Numbered from the stretch's first letter, positions 30,254 through 41,337 are shown. The stretch is DNA of 64,000 bases from Pseudomonadota bacterium (GCA_021781815.1 JAJXWB010000020.1:4497-68496), one strand, 5' to 3'. Made by a program: numbers and translations. Notes: generated by a model not told the origin, from the letters alone.

Positions 30254-32341
30254 CTAGCGCGGCGAGTAGACTCCTTCGGGGCCGGGCTGCATGGCGAGAT
30301 GCCTCTTGTGCATTGAGGCGAGCGTCGAGCGATGGCCGATCGAGATCACCGTCGTCCCCGGCAGGCGTTCGGCGATCGCCTGATAGATTTCGGCTTCGAG
30401 TTTCTCGTCCAGAGCCGCCGTCGCCTCGTCAAGCAGCAGCCAATCCGGTTGCGCCAGCAGCGCGCGGGCGATGGCCAGACGCTGCTGCTCGCCGCCGGAA
30501 AGGCGCTGCGACCAGATGTCCTCGTCGTTCAACCGTTCCTTCAGGGCGCCGAGGCGCGCGGCGTCGAGCGCGTCGCGGATCGCATCGTCGGAATAGCTGC
30601 CGGGCTCCGCCGGATAGGAGACAGCGGCGCGCAGCGAGCCATTCGGCAAATAGGGCCGTTGCGGCAATACCAGCGCCGTCGCGCCCTCGGGCGTCGCAAT
30701 GTCGCCGGAGCCATAGGGCCATATGCCCGACGCCGCGCGCAGCAGCGTCGACTTGCCGGAGCCGGACGGGCCGGTGATGAGAGCGCTTTCGCCGGGGAGG
30801 AACCTGAGGCCGTCGGCCGTCACGATCGGCTGGCCGTTCGGCAGTTCGACGCGGACGTGGTTGAGTTCCAGCGCGCCATCCGTGGTCGCAGCCGGCCCAA
30901 CGCGCGGGCCATTCTTCCCGGCCGCCAGCGCCGCGTCAATCGAGGAATCGAAGAACGCCAGACGATCGAGAACGGATTTGAACTCGGCGAGCGATGTGTA
31001 ATAGCTGATGAAAAAGGTGAGCGCGCCCTCGACGCGGCCAAAGGCGCCGGCGGTCTGGCTCATGATGCCGAGCTGGATCTTGCCGGCGAAATAAAACGGC
31101 GCGGTGAAGACATACGGAATGATCGGCGAGATCTGGCCGTAGGTTGCGGTGAACGCCATGAGCTGCTTGCGGCGATGGACGATCTCCAGATAATTGGAGA
31201 TGACTGCGCCGAACCGCCGGCCAAGCGCGCTCTGCTCGGCGCGCTCGCCAGACAGCAGCGCGACCTGCTCGGCATATTCGCGCAAGCGCGCAAGCGAGAA
31301 GCGGAAATCGGCTTCCACGCGCTGACGCACGAAATAGAGACCGACGAGCGAGCGGCCGATCAGGTGCGTCACGAGAGTGCCGATCGATGCGTAAATCAGC
31401 GCGACCCAGAACAGGAAACCCGGAATGACGAGGCTGGTGCCGGGAAAGGCGTAATTGCCGGATAGTTCCCACAGGACGATCGAAAAGGACACCAGCGACG
31501 AGAGCGTCGAGATCAGGAGGATCGAGTAGGAGTAGACGCCATACCCGAGATTGCCGCCGTCGATGAAGCGGTTCACGTCCTCTGCGATGCGCTGGTCGGG
31601 ATTGTCGGCCGCGCCGACAAGGCTCATGCGATAGTGCGCGTGATCCGACAGCCAATGCGAGACATAGAAATCGGTCAGCCACTTGCGCCAGCGGATGACG
31701 AGCATGGATTGCACCACGAATTCGACGACCGCGCTGAGAACGTAAACAAACGCCCAGGGCGTGAACACCCACAGCAGCAATTGCCAGAATGCGGCGGCGT
31801 CCTTGGCCTGAATCGCATTGAAGAAATCCCGGTTGAAGAATGACAGGCGGACCGTGATGGCGACCTGCGCCTGATTGATCAGCACCAGGAAGACGACCAT
31901 GGCGACCGCGATGCGCCGCTCCATCGCCGTGAACGGAAGGAAGGGCCAGATTCGCGCCGTTCCCCATTTCGACTGATCGAAATAACGGTCGGCGATGCGC
32001 GTCATCTCGCGCACCGTCGGTCGACCGGCGACGAGATAGACAAGGATGGAAAAGAGCGCGACCGTCAGCGGCAACGAATCCGGCGGCAAATACTCCTTGA
32101 ACTGGTCAGGCCACAGGCCGGCGCGCACGCCGAGCGTCGCCAGGCCGAACACGATTGTCTCGGCCGAAAAGATCGCGACGAATATCTTCAGAAAGCTCGA
32201 TATCGACGCCGACGCCCAGGTTGCGGCTGCACACAAGGCGGCAACCGCGGCAACCACATAAAGAAAATCGTCGCCCGTCCGTCCGGCCGCCAGAGCCGCC
32301 AGAATTGCGAAGGCGCCGACCCCGCCGCCAAGCGTTTTCAT
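30254..32341 (-). CDS. fused ABC transporter permease/ATP-binding protein, SbmA/BacA-ABCD-like (YddA-type)
   Basis: Has Walker A (GPSGSGKST), the ABC signature (LSGGEQQR) and Walker B (LLLDEATAALD). The TM domain contains RWRKWLTDFY...YYRM. I start it at the ATG at 32341 (MKTLGG), which is preceded by a GGA-rich RBS. Confidence 0.9.
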   Translation of the reverse strand: MKTLGGGVGAFAILAALAAGRTGDDFLYVVAAVAALCAAATWASASISSFLKIFVAIFSAETIVFGLATLGVRAGLWPDQFKEYLPPDSLPLTVALFSILVYLVAGRPTVREMTRIADRYFDQSKWGTARIWPFLPFTAMERRIAVAMVVFLVLINQAQVAITVRLSFFNRDFFNAIQAKDAAAFWQLLLWVFTPWAFVYVLSAVVEFVVQSMLVIRWRKWLTDFYVSHWLSDHAHYRMSLVGAADNPDQRIAEDVNRFIDGGNLGYGVYSYSILLISTLSSLVSFSIVLWELSGNYAFPGTSLVIPGFLFWVALIYASIGTLVTHLIGRSLVGLYFVRQRVEADFRFSLARLREYAEQVALLSGERAEQSALGRRFGAVISNYLEIVHRRKQLMAFTATYGQISPIIPYVFTAPFYFAGKIQLGIMSQTAGAFGRVEGALTFFISYYTSLAEFKSVLDRLAFFDSSIDAALAAGKNGPRVGPAATTDGALELNHVRVELPNGQPIVTADGLRFLPGESALITGPSGSGKSTLLRAASGIWPYGSGDIATPEGATALVLPQRPYLPNGSLRAAVSYPAEPGSYSDDAIRDALDAARLGALKERLNDEDIWSQRLSGGEQQRLAIARALLAQPDWLLLDEATAALDEKLEAEIYQAIAERLPGTTVISIGHRSTLASMHKRHLAMQPGPEGVYSPR

Positions 32342-32641
32342 TCCTTCATCCTCGATCGCCCATGTACAGGCCCGTGTATCGTCCGGGGCGGCGGCGAGCG
32401 CAACCCGCGGTCGTCGAATGGGCGAAGAATTCGGCATGAGAATGGAACGATCGCGGCGGCCTGTGCGGATGCGCTGCAATTTCGCGCAGGCTTCGCGCTC
32501 CCGGCCCAAGGATTTGACATCCGCGGACGGTCCCCGCATTGATCTGCCTGCTCAGGTTCGGGCTCCGCGTTGCTTCCGCGCCCGGGCCGTCTGCGCGCTT
32601 GCTCCCATTTCAGCCTGCCGACTCACGCCGGAGTCTCGAAC

Positions 32642-34078
32642 ATGAATCCATCGCCGCCCGCTACACATGTTTCGGCCGAGACCGCCGAACAGAGTTTCGA
32701 CCTGGCGACCCTTGCGGCGGCGCGAGAGACCGAGCGCTACGCCCTGCATACGCGCTACCTCAACGAGCAGATGGTCCGCGTGCTGCAAACCATCGGCTAC
32801 GATGTGGGCTTCACATCCGGCCGCGGCCAATATCTGTGGGATCGCAAGGGCGACCGCTATCTCGACCTCCTGTCGGGCTGGGGCGTCTTCGCTCTCGGAC
32901 GCAATCATCCGGACATCCGCCGCGCGCTCGTCAGCGTCATCGAGGCGGATCTGCCCAATCTCGTGCAGATGGACGTGTCGGCGCTGGCGGGCATATTCGC
33001 CGAGAAACTGCTGAAATACACGCCGTGGCTCGACAAGGCCTTTTTCTGCAATTCCGGCGCGGAGGCCGTCGAAGCGGCGATCAAATTCGCGCGCGCCGCA
33101 ACCGGCCGGCCGGGCCTCGTCTATTGCGACCATGCGTTCCACGGCCTGACCTACGGCGCGCTGTCGATGAACGGCGACGGAACCTTCCGCGAAGGCTTCG
33201 GCCCGCTCATCCCGAACGTCGCGGAGACGCCGTTCGACGATCTGGAAGCACTTGAAATCGCCCTGCGTGGACGCAACGTTGCGGCCTTCTTCGTCGAACC
33301 GATCCAAGGCAAGGGCGCCAATATGCCTTCGTCCGGCTATCTGCGCGGCGCAGCCGACCTGTGCCGCAAATACGGCACGCTGTTCATCGCCGATGAAATC
33401 CAGACGGGCGTCGGCCGTACCGGAAAGTTTCTGGCCGTCGAGCACTGGGGCGTCGAACCCGACATGGTGCTGCTGGCCAAGGCCCTGTCCGGCGGACATG
33501 TTCCTGTCGGCGCAGTGCTCCTGCGACGGAAGACGTTCGAAAATGTGTTCAATCGGATGGACCGGGCAGTCGTGCACGGGTCGACCTTCTCCAAGAACGA
33601 TCTCGCCATGGCGGCGGGCGTCGCGACGCTGGACGTGCTTGAAAACGAACATCTGGTCGAGAACGCCGCACGGCGCGGCGAGGAGATACTGACCCGCTTC
33701 CGCGCCATGCTCGATCGCTACGAACTGGTGAAGGACGTGCGCGGCAAGGGCCTGATGATCGGCATCGAATTCGGCGCGCCGCGCTCGCTCAAACTGAAGA
33801 CCGCATGGACCCTGCTGGAAAAGGTGAACGCCGGGCTGTTCTGCCAGATGATTACCATTCCGCTGTTCAAGGACCACAAGATCCTGAGCCAGGTCGCCGG
33901 CCACGGCAATCACACAATCAAATTGCTGCCGCCGCTCAACCTCGGCGCCGAGGATGTGGACTGGATCGATCGCTCGTTTGATGCGGTCATCGCCGACGCC
34001 CACCGTGTGCCGGGCGCCGTTTGGTCGCTGGGCAAGACGCTGGCCGACCACGCGCTCAAGGCGCGCGCGTCAGCCTGA
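32642..34078 (+). CDS. class-III (acetylornithine/GABA/putrescine-type) PLP aminotransferase
   Basis: 478 aa from the ATG at 32642. Contains FCNSGAEAVEAAIKFAR and FIADEIQTGVGRTGKF. The substrate cannot be determined from sequence alone. Confidence 0.9.
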   Translation: MNPSPPATHVSAETAEQSFDLATLAAARETERYALHTRYLNEQMVRVLQTIGYDVGFTSGRGQYLWDRKGDRYLDLLSGWGVFALGRNHPDIRRALVSVIEADLPNLVQMDVSALAGIFAEKLLKYTPWLDKAFFCNSGAEAVEAAIKFARAATGRPGLVYCDHAFHGLTYGALSMNGDGTFREGFGPLIPNVAETPFDDLEALEIALRGRNVAAFFVEPIQGKGANMPSSGYLRGAADLCRKYGTLFIADEIQTGVGRTGKFLAVEHWGVEPDMVLLAKALSGGHVPVGAVLLRRKTFENVFNRMDRAVVHGSTFSKNDLAMAAGVATLDVLENEHLVENAARRGEEILTRFRAMLDRYELVKDVRGKGLMIGIEFGAPRSLKLKTAWTLLEKVNAGLFCQMITIPLFKDHKILSQVAGHGNHTIKLLPPLNLGAEDVDWIDRSFDAVIADAHRVPGAVWSLGKTLADHALKARASA

Positions 34079-34080
34079 CG

Positions 34081-34419
34081 TCAATCGCGCTCTTCGAGAC
34101 CCTCGATCGACAGATCGTTGAGGCGCGCGACCAACACCGGCGACGGCTTGAAGGTGACGACGCGGCGCGGCCTGATCGGCGCCTCGACGCCGGTCTTCGG
34201 GTTCCGGCCGACGCGCTCGCGCTTCGAGCGGACATTGAACGCGCCGAAGGCGCGGAGCTTGACCGCCTCGTTGCGATCAAGGCTGTCGGAAATCTCCTCC
34301 AGCGTCATTTCGAAAATGGTCCGAGCCTGCGCCCGCGACAAGGTCGGGCAGGCCGCGAAAACGGCTTCAAGCAAATCAGCCCGCGTGGCTGTTCGACCCC
34401 GGTTGATTGTTTTGGTCAT
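34081..34419 (-). CDS. HU/IHF-family DNA-binding protein, IHF-alpha-like but divergent
   Basis: 112 aa, MTKTINRGRTATRADLLEAV...VKLRAFGAFNVRSKRERVGRNPKTGVEAPIRPRRVVTFKPS. The beta-arm motif GRNPKTG..V.I..RRV..FKPS is intact, while helix 1 and helix 2 differ from the canonical IhfA sequences I recall. Confidence 0.8.
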   Translation of the reverse strand: MTKTINRGRTATRADLLEAVFAACPTLSRAQARTIFEMTLEEISDSLDRNEAVKLRAFGAFNVRSKRERVGRNPKTGVEAPIRPRRVVTFKPSPVLVARLNDLSIEGLEERD

Positions 34420-34690
34420 CTCTTGCACGCACGTGAATACGCGCCCCCCTCACACACCGGCCGAACCGACTCCGGCCGCGACACTGATATCCCTGATGCA
34501 GCAGTTTCAAAGGGCGTCTGTCTTTGACTCGACGTGGCCGGCCCATTCTGCCGTCATTTCCCCGCAACTCCGGCCCAGTGCAGCCGCAATTGCTCAGAAA
34601 CAATAGGCGGAAACGCAAGTTGTGCAAGCAGAGACGGGGCCGTTGACGCGTTTTTGCCGACCTTTGCCGCAAGCGCACCGTGCAATTTCG

Positions 34691-34718
34691 CAAAGAAAAA
34701 CCCGACCGCGAGGCCGGG
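34691..34718 (-). terminator. rho-independent terminator of groESL
   Basis: The minus-strand RNA reads cccggcc-ucgc-ggucggg, a 7-bp stem with one G-U pair, followed by uuuuucuuu. It lies about 65 nt downstream of the groEL stop. Confidence 0.6.
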
Positions 34719-34782
34719 CTTTCCGTCGGTCTCGATACGCGGCTGACCGCATATCGAGACTGAGAGGCGCGAAGTGGAGTTC

Positions 34783-36742
<1,960 letters not shown>

Positions 36743-36800
36743 GTCTTTCGCTTCCTGTGTCTCGGCGGGTCCAGTCCCGCCGCTGAAGATAACGTGGCTG

Positions 36801-36827
36801 TTAGCACTCATTAACATCAAGTGCTAA
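36801..36827. promoter_or_regulatory. CIRCE operator (HrcA binding site)
   Basis: TTAGCACTC-attaacatc-aAGTGCTAA compared with the consensus TTAGCACTC-N9-GAGTGCTAA shows one mismatch. It lies 59 nt upstream of the groES ATG. Confidence 0.85.
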
Positions 36828-36839
36828 CAACCGGCCCCG

Positions 36840-36868
36840 AAATAGTCTCGTCAGGCGCGATCTGTCAA
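36840..36868 (-). promoter_or_regulatory. candidate groESL promoter (-35 TTGACA / -10 CTATTT, 17-nt spacer)
   Basis: The minus strand reads cgcCTTGACAgatcgcgcctgacgagaCTATTTcgg, immediately upstream of CIRCE. This fits alphaproteobacterial sigma70-type promoters, and the CTTG...CTAT pattern partly fits RpoH-type promoters too. Confidence 0.5.
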
Positions 36869-36888
36869 GGCGGGATACGACTTTTGTC

Positions 36889-37254
36889 TTAGGCGTCGAC
36901 AAGGAAACCGGGCAGGGGGGCGGGGGCAGCGGCCCTGCTCGCCGCGGGACTGGCCTTGCGCATTCTGCGCGACGCGCCATGTCCGCCTGGCGGGCGCGGT
37001 TGGGCGGGCACGGTCCAAACCGGCGACATGCGCCGGACAAACGAAACGGGTCCCGGCGCATTCAAGCGTCGCGGGACCCTTCTGTTTCGCCATTTTGCGA
37101 AATGTCTGGAATTGATGTCCAGTAACGTGTCGGCCTTTAAACTGCCTGGCCCTCGCAGCTTCGCGCCGATATGCCGATCGTGGATGTACGCGCGGCCTTG
37201 GCTGATATCGAGCCCCTGCAACGCGCCAACGATCTCATCCAGCGACGAGATCAA
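36889..37254 (-). CDS. possible unrecognised small protein gene upstream of groES (low confidence)
   Basis: 121-aa track ORF starting MISSLDEIVGALQGLDISQGRAYIHDRHIGAKL. My hand count over its first 40 codons gives GC3 ~75%, GC1 ~65% and GC2 ~45%, which is a coding-like gradient. No homolog recognised, and the C-terminal half is Arg/Pro/Ala-rich. Confidence 0.25.
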   Translation of the reverse strand: MISSLDEIVGALQGLDISQGRAYIHDRHIGAKLRGPGSLKADTLLDINSRHFAKWRNRRVPRRLNAPGPVSFVRRMSPVWTVPAQPRPPGGHGASRRMRKASPAASRAAAPAPLPGFLVDA

Positions 37255-37484
37255 TTCGCCTTACCCGGCGGAGTCATCTCCTCACACCTCAGCATTGCAT
37301 GAGACTTGCGTCTCCGGTCGCTGCAAGGCGCGCTGTTCATCGCAGCGCGTCGGTCCCGCCTGTCGCCGAGGTCTTCGCTCTCGCCGAACGCGGCAGTAGC
37401 ATTGGTGAAATGGTCCGCCTCGACAACGATCCTGTCAAGCGGAAATATCTGGCGCAACCACCCGCCGCCGAGAGCGCCCCACAG

Positions 37485-37910
37485 ATGCAGACGAACGACA
37501 TCGACCGCTTCCTGCGCGCGCAGGGGCCGGTCTACGATCGCGTGCTGGACGAGTTGCGCGCAGGACGCAAGACGAGCCATTGGATGTGGTTCGTCTTCCC
37601 GCAGATCCGGGGGCTTGGCGAAAGCGCCATGGCGCAATTCTACGCCATCGGCTCGCTGACCGAAGCCCGCGCCTATCTCGACCACCCGGTTCTCGGTCCC
37701 CGCCTGCGCGAATGCACTGCGCTCGCAAACGGGATCGAAGGACGCTCCGCGCGGGATATTTTCGGCAGTCCCGACGACATGAAATTTCGTTCCTGCATGA
37801 CCCTGTTTGCACGCGCCGCCCCGGACAACGGGCCGTTTCTCGCGGCGCTGGCGAAATATTTCGCCGGTCTCCCCGACGCCGCCACTCTGGATCGTCTGTC
37901 CGGCCCGTGA
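37485..37910 (+). CDS. DUF1810-family protein
   Basis: 141 aa from the ATG at 37485, MQTNDIDRFLRAQGPVYDRVLDELRAGRKTSHWMWFVFPQIRGLG. The HWMWFVFPQ motif is characteristic of DUF1810 (recollection). Confidence 0.75.
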   Translation: MQTNDIDRFLRAQGPVYDRVLDELRAGRKTSHWMWFVFPQIRGLGESAMAQFYAIGSLTEARAYLDHPVLGPRLRECTALANGIEGRSARDIFGSPDDMKFRSCMTLFARAAPDNGPFLAALAKYFAGLPDAATLDRLSGP

Positions 37911-38024
37911 GCGACCGCGCGCGGCAAGACTTTCTTATTCCGTTTGGTATATGGACCTGCCGATGAACCGCCGCGCCGCGCTTTTCGCCCGTCCGCCGCG
38001 CGCCGCCCCGCCCGGAGCGCGCGC

Positions 38025-39485
38025 ATGAAGGTGCTCGCCGCCTTCGTCGTCAATGCGCTGTTCAATTTCGTGATCGGCCTGATCGTCGCAAAATTTCTGG
38101 GGCCGGAGGAATACGGGCGGTTCGCTCTGGCTCTCGCGCTGGGTCTCGTGATCCAGACCGCCGTGTTCGACTGGATCCGGCTGTCGGCCATTCGTTTCTA
38201 TTCGGAGCGCACCCGATCGAACGAACCGCAGGTGCGCGCCACGCTGGACACGGCTTTCGCGCTGCTGGCCGTCGGGCTCGCCACCATCGCCGGCGCCGTG
38301 CTGCTGTCCGGCGTCCATTTCGCGCTCACCAACGCGCTCGTCGGTCTGGCGGTTGCGACCGCTGTCGCCAACGGCCTGTTCGACTATTCGACCGGACTGG
38401 CGCGCGCCCGTTTCGACGATCATCAGTATGGCCGCCTTGTGCTCGTCAAGAATGCGTTTTCGCTGGCGTTGACGACGGGCGGAGCGTTCGTGTTCGGTTC
38501 GGCCAAGATGGCCCTGCTCGGCGCCGTCGTCTCGATCAGCGGGTCGATTGTCGCGGCGCGCCGGGCTCTGACCGACGCCCATAGCGAGCCGGCGCGCGCC
38601 AACTTCGACCTTGGCCGCTCCTACCTGCGTTACGCGATGCCGATCGTGGCGGCGAACCTGCTCTATCTGCTGATTCCGTTCATCAACCGCTCGCTGGTCG
38701 CCCGATATTACGGCTTCGCCGAGACCGGCCAGTTCTCGCTCGCCTTCGACCTCGGACTGCGGGCGGTGCAGGCGATCGGCTCGGGCCTCGACGTCCTCCT
38801 GTTCCAGATCGCAGTCGCCGCGCACGACACATACGGCATCGAACGCGCCAAGGAGCAGATCGCGCGCAATGTCACGATCGTGCTTGCGATCATCGCGCCG
38901 GCCTGCGTCGGCGTGCTGCTCACCCTGCCCTCGGTCGAGGCGCTGGTTGTGCCGTTCGACTATCGCGGACCATTCGGGCGCTACCTCACGTTCATGATGC
39001 CAGGCCTGTTCGCGCTCACGATGATCAATTTCGCGATCAATCCGATTTTCCAGATCGAGAAGAAGACGCTGCCGCTGATCGCGGCGGCGCTGATCGGCTG
39101 CGCCGGCACGCCGCTGCTCGTCCATCTGCTGCCGCGCAGCGCCGATGCCAGCAACCTCGCGATCGCCCAAAGCGCAGCTTATGTGGCGGCCCTGCTCGCG
39201 CTCGTCGCCTTCGCCACGGCCGCCCGTCCACGATGGCCCTCGGCGAGCGACCTGTCGAAAATCGCCCTGGCTCTCGGCGGCATGGTGCTCGCGATCATGC
39301 CGATGCGCGCGTGGTCGCCGGGAATTATCACGCTGGCGACGCAGGTGATTTTGGGCGCGACGATCTACGGTGTCATCGCTCTCGCCCTCGACATCGGAGC
39401 CCTGCGCGCGCCGACGCTCGCGCGCATGCGCGCGCTTGTGGCCGGCAGGACGCCGCGCCAGGGCGCGCCCCTTCACGAACCGTAA
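38025..39485 (+). CDS. polysaccharide/oligosaccharide flippase (Wzx/MOP-superfamily-like)
   Basis: 486 aa from the ATG at 38025 (MKVLAAFVVNALFNFVIGLIVAKFLGPEEYGRFALA), with about 12-14 TM segments. The N-terminal pattern is typical of polysaccharide biosynthesis (PST family) proteins. Confidence 0.7.
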   Translation: MKVLAAFVVNALFNFVIGLIVAKFLGPEEYGRFALALALGLVIQTAVFDWIRLSAIRFYSERTRSNEPQVRATLDTAFALLAVGLATIAGAVLLSGVHFALTNALVGLAVATAVANGLFDYSTGLARARFDDHQYGRLVLVKNAFSLALTTGGAFVFGSAKMALLGAVVSISGSIVAARRALTDAHSEPARANFDLGRSYLRYAMPIVAANLLYLLIPFINRSLVARYYGFAETGQFSLAFDLGLRAVQAIGSGLDVLLFQIAVAAHDTYGIERAKEQIARNVTIVLAIIAPACVGVLLTLPSVEALVVPFDYRGPFGRYLTFMMPGLFALTMINFAINPIFQIEKKTLPLIAAALIGCAGTPLLVHLLPRSADASNLAIAQSAAYVAALLALVAFATAARPRWPSASDLSKIALALGGMVLAIMPMRAWSPGIITLATQVILGATIYGVIALALDIGALRAPTLARMRALVAGRTPRQGAPLHEP

Positions 39486-39637
39486 ACGATACTCGATACG
39501 AGATTTTTTACTGTAATGCGCGGCTTTTAGCCTGAAGATAACCACGCCGGGACTTCGCGCATTTATCTCAAATCTCGCGTGGTACGATGCTGGATCGAAA
39601 TTGAGCGGGCTTCTGCTTGCAAGATCGGATCGGCGTC

Positions 39638-40309
39638 ATGAATCGCATTCGTCTGTCGCTTCTTTTCGTCAGCGTCGCCACGATCGCCAGCAGCGGCGCT
39701 ACGGCGGGCTCCTACGGCAGCAATCTTGGCGGCGGCTTCATCGAAATGCTGGCGAACGGCGTCGCGCCGACGCCGCGGCGCAATCAGTTGTTCGAGCAGC
39801 AGACGCAGCCCGCGGCCCGCCAATTGGCCTATGCGCAGGAGCCAGGCGCCGTGCAGCGCACGATCCCGCCCGAATTCCTGCGCACGGAAGTGGACTATCC
39901 CACGAAGGAAAAACCGGGCTCCGTCGTCATCGACACACCCTCGAAATATCTCTATCTCGTGCTCGGCGGCGGACGCGCCATGCGCTACGGCATCGGCGTC
40001 GGCAGACCCGGCTTCGCCTGGTCAGGCGTCAAGACGGTGTCGCGCAAGGCCGAATGGCCGGACTGGACGCCGCCGCCGGAAATGCTCAAGCGCCGCCCGG
40101 ACCTGCCGCGCCACATGGAGGGCGGGCCGGCCAATCCGCTCGGCGCGCGCGCCCTTTATCTGGGATCGTCGCTCTATCGCATCCATGGCACGAACGAGCC
40201 CTGGACAATCGGACAGAACGTGTCATCCGGCTGCATCCGCATGATGAACGAGGATGTGACCGATCTTTACGGGCGGGTCGGCGTCGGAACGCGCGTCGTC
40301 GTCATGTGA
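39638..40309 (+). CDS. L,D-transpeptidase (YkuD domain), exported
   Basis: Has a signal peptide (MNRIRLSLLFVSVATIASSGA). The catalytic motif is HGTNEPWTIGQNVSSGCIRM. Confidence 0.9.
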   Translation: MNRIRLSLLFVSVATIASSGATAGSYGSNLGGGFIEMLANGVAPTPRRNQLFEQQTQPAARQLAYAQEPGAVQRTIPPEFLRTEVDYPTKEKPGSVVIDTPSKYLYLVLGGGRAMRYGIGVGRPGFAWSGVKTVSRKAEWPDWTPPPEMLKRRPDLPRHMEGGPANPLGARALYLGSSLYRIHGTNEPWTIGQNVSSGCIRMMNEDVTDLYGRVGVGTRVVVM

Positions 40310-40335
40310 GAAATTGCGCGCGAAAGACGCCGACG

Positions 40336-40372
40336 GAGGCCGCCGCTGTCCACGCGGCGGCCTCTGTCTGTT
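40336..40372. terminator. bidirectional hairpin between convergent genes
   Basis: GAGGCCGCCGC-tgtccac-GCGGCGGCCTC forms an 11-bp perfect stem and is followed by tgtctgtttc. It sits between the ldt stop (40309) and the DUF2076 gene stop (40373). Confidence 0.6.
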
Positions 40373-41125
40373 TCAAACGTCGTAACTGTCGTCCAATCCG
40401 GAATCGTCAGACTGATAGTCTGCGTCCGACGTGTAGTCGTCGTCCTGATCCTGATCCTGATCCTGATCCTGGTCGCGATCGGCTGCGGCGAGCTGGTCGG
40501 CTGAATCGCCGTAGTAATTGTTCACGACCGTCTCGCCGCCGCCAACGCCTCCCGGCGCGCCGAAGCCAGTCCCGATGCCGAGATTGCCCATGCCGGGTCC
40601 ATGAAACAGGCTGCGGATGGAATCAGCGAGCAACATGCCGCCGGCGACGCCGGCCGCGGCGCCAAGCGCGCCCTTGAGAAATCCGCCGCCCTGCTGCATC
40701 GGCGCCCCGCCCCAGGGGCCGCCTTGCGGCTGAGGCGGCGCGCTCCATTGGCCGCCCTGTTGGGGGGCGGGCGCACCCCACGGACCTGGCTGGCGCTGCG
40801 GCGGGTTGGGCGGCGGGGCGGCCGGCTGGCCGCCGCCGAACAGCGAGCCGAGCCCACCCAGAAAGCTCCCCTGTCCTTGCTGCTGGGGCTGCGCGTGCGC
40901 CTGAAGCTCCCGATTCTGGGCTTCGAGTTGCTGAATCCGCTCGCCGGCGGCGCGCAACGCCTGCTCCTGCACGATTACAGTCTGAGCCAGCAGATAGGGC
41001 GCGAACGGCTGAAGCCGCACCGCCTCCGCGATAAACGCCTCCGCGTCGCGATCGCGCGGCTGCGATGCGGCGGCGTTGGTGCGCTGGAAAAGATCGACGA
41101 GCAACTGGCGCTCTTCGGGCGACAT
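40373..41125 (-). CDS. DUF2076-family protein with low-complexity Gly/Pro/Gln middle and acidic DQ-repeat tail
   Basis: 250 aa. The N-terminus reads MSPEERQLLVDLFQRTNAAASQPRDRDAEAFI...LLAQTVIVQEQAL, and I recall that pattern as DUF2076. The C-terminus reads DRDQDQDQDQDDDY. Confidence 0.7.
   Translation of the reverse strand: MSPEERQLLVDLFQRTNAAASQPRDRDAEAFIAEAVRLQPFAPYLLAQTVIVQEQALRAAGERIQQLEAQNRELQAHAQPQQQGQGSFLGGLGSLFGGGQPAAPPPNPPQRQPGPWGAPAPQQGGQWSAPPQPQGGPWGGAPMQQGGGFLKGALGAAAGVAGGMLLADSIRSLFHGPGMGNLGIGTGFGAPGGVGGGETVVNNYYGDSADQLAAADRDQDQDQDQDQDDDYTSDADYQSDDSGLDDSYDV
40443..40472. repeat. hexanucleotide tandem repeat (tcctga x4 plus one degenerate unit) inside the DUF2076 gene
   Basis: Read directly from the sequence: tcctgatcctgatcctgatcctgatcctgg. 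It encodes the (DQ)n tail on the minus strand. Confidence 0.9.
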
Positions 41126-41337
41126 GGAATTCTCCCTTCATGCGCCGCCATCGGGCGGGCTGACGAGATATGGGAGGCCGGCCCGCCCGCGCCAAGGCGC
41201 CCCGCCCGGAGGCCGTGCGATGACCAGCGCCGAACAACAGCCGGGCGAAAAAATGGCGCCCCTTTCGGGACGCCACAGGCCCGCTTTCGCCGGCCGAAGT
41301 CGGCGCTCCCGGCAAACCGGGAGCGCCCGGGAGGAAC

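Noticed and set aside
36956-37399. 147-aa plus-strand ORF in the groES-DUF1810 gap
   Set aside because: The product is Cys/Arg/Ser-rich and not protein-like. It lies on the opposite strand, out of frame with the minus-strand ORF 36889..37254, the only ORF in this gap for which I measured a coding-like GC3 > GC1 > GC2 gradient.
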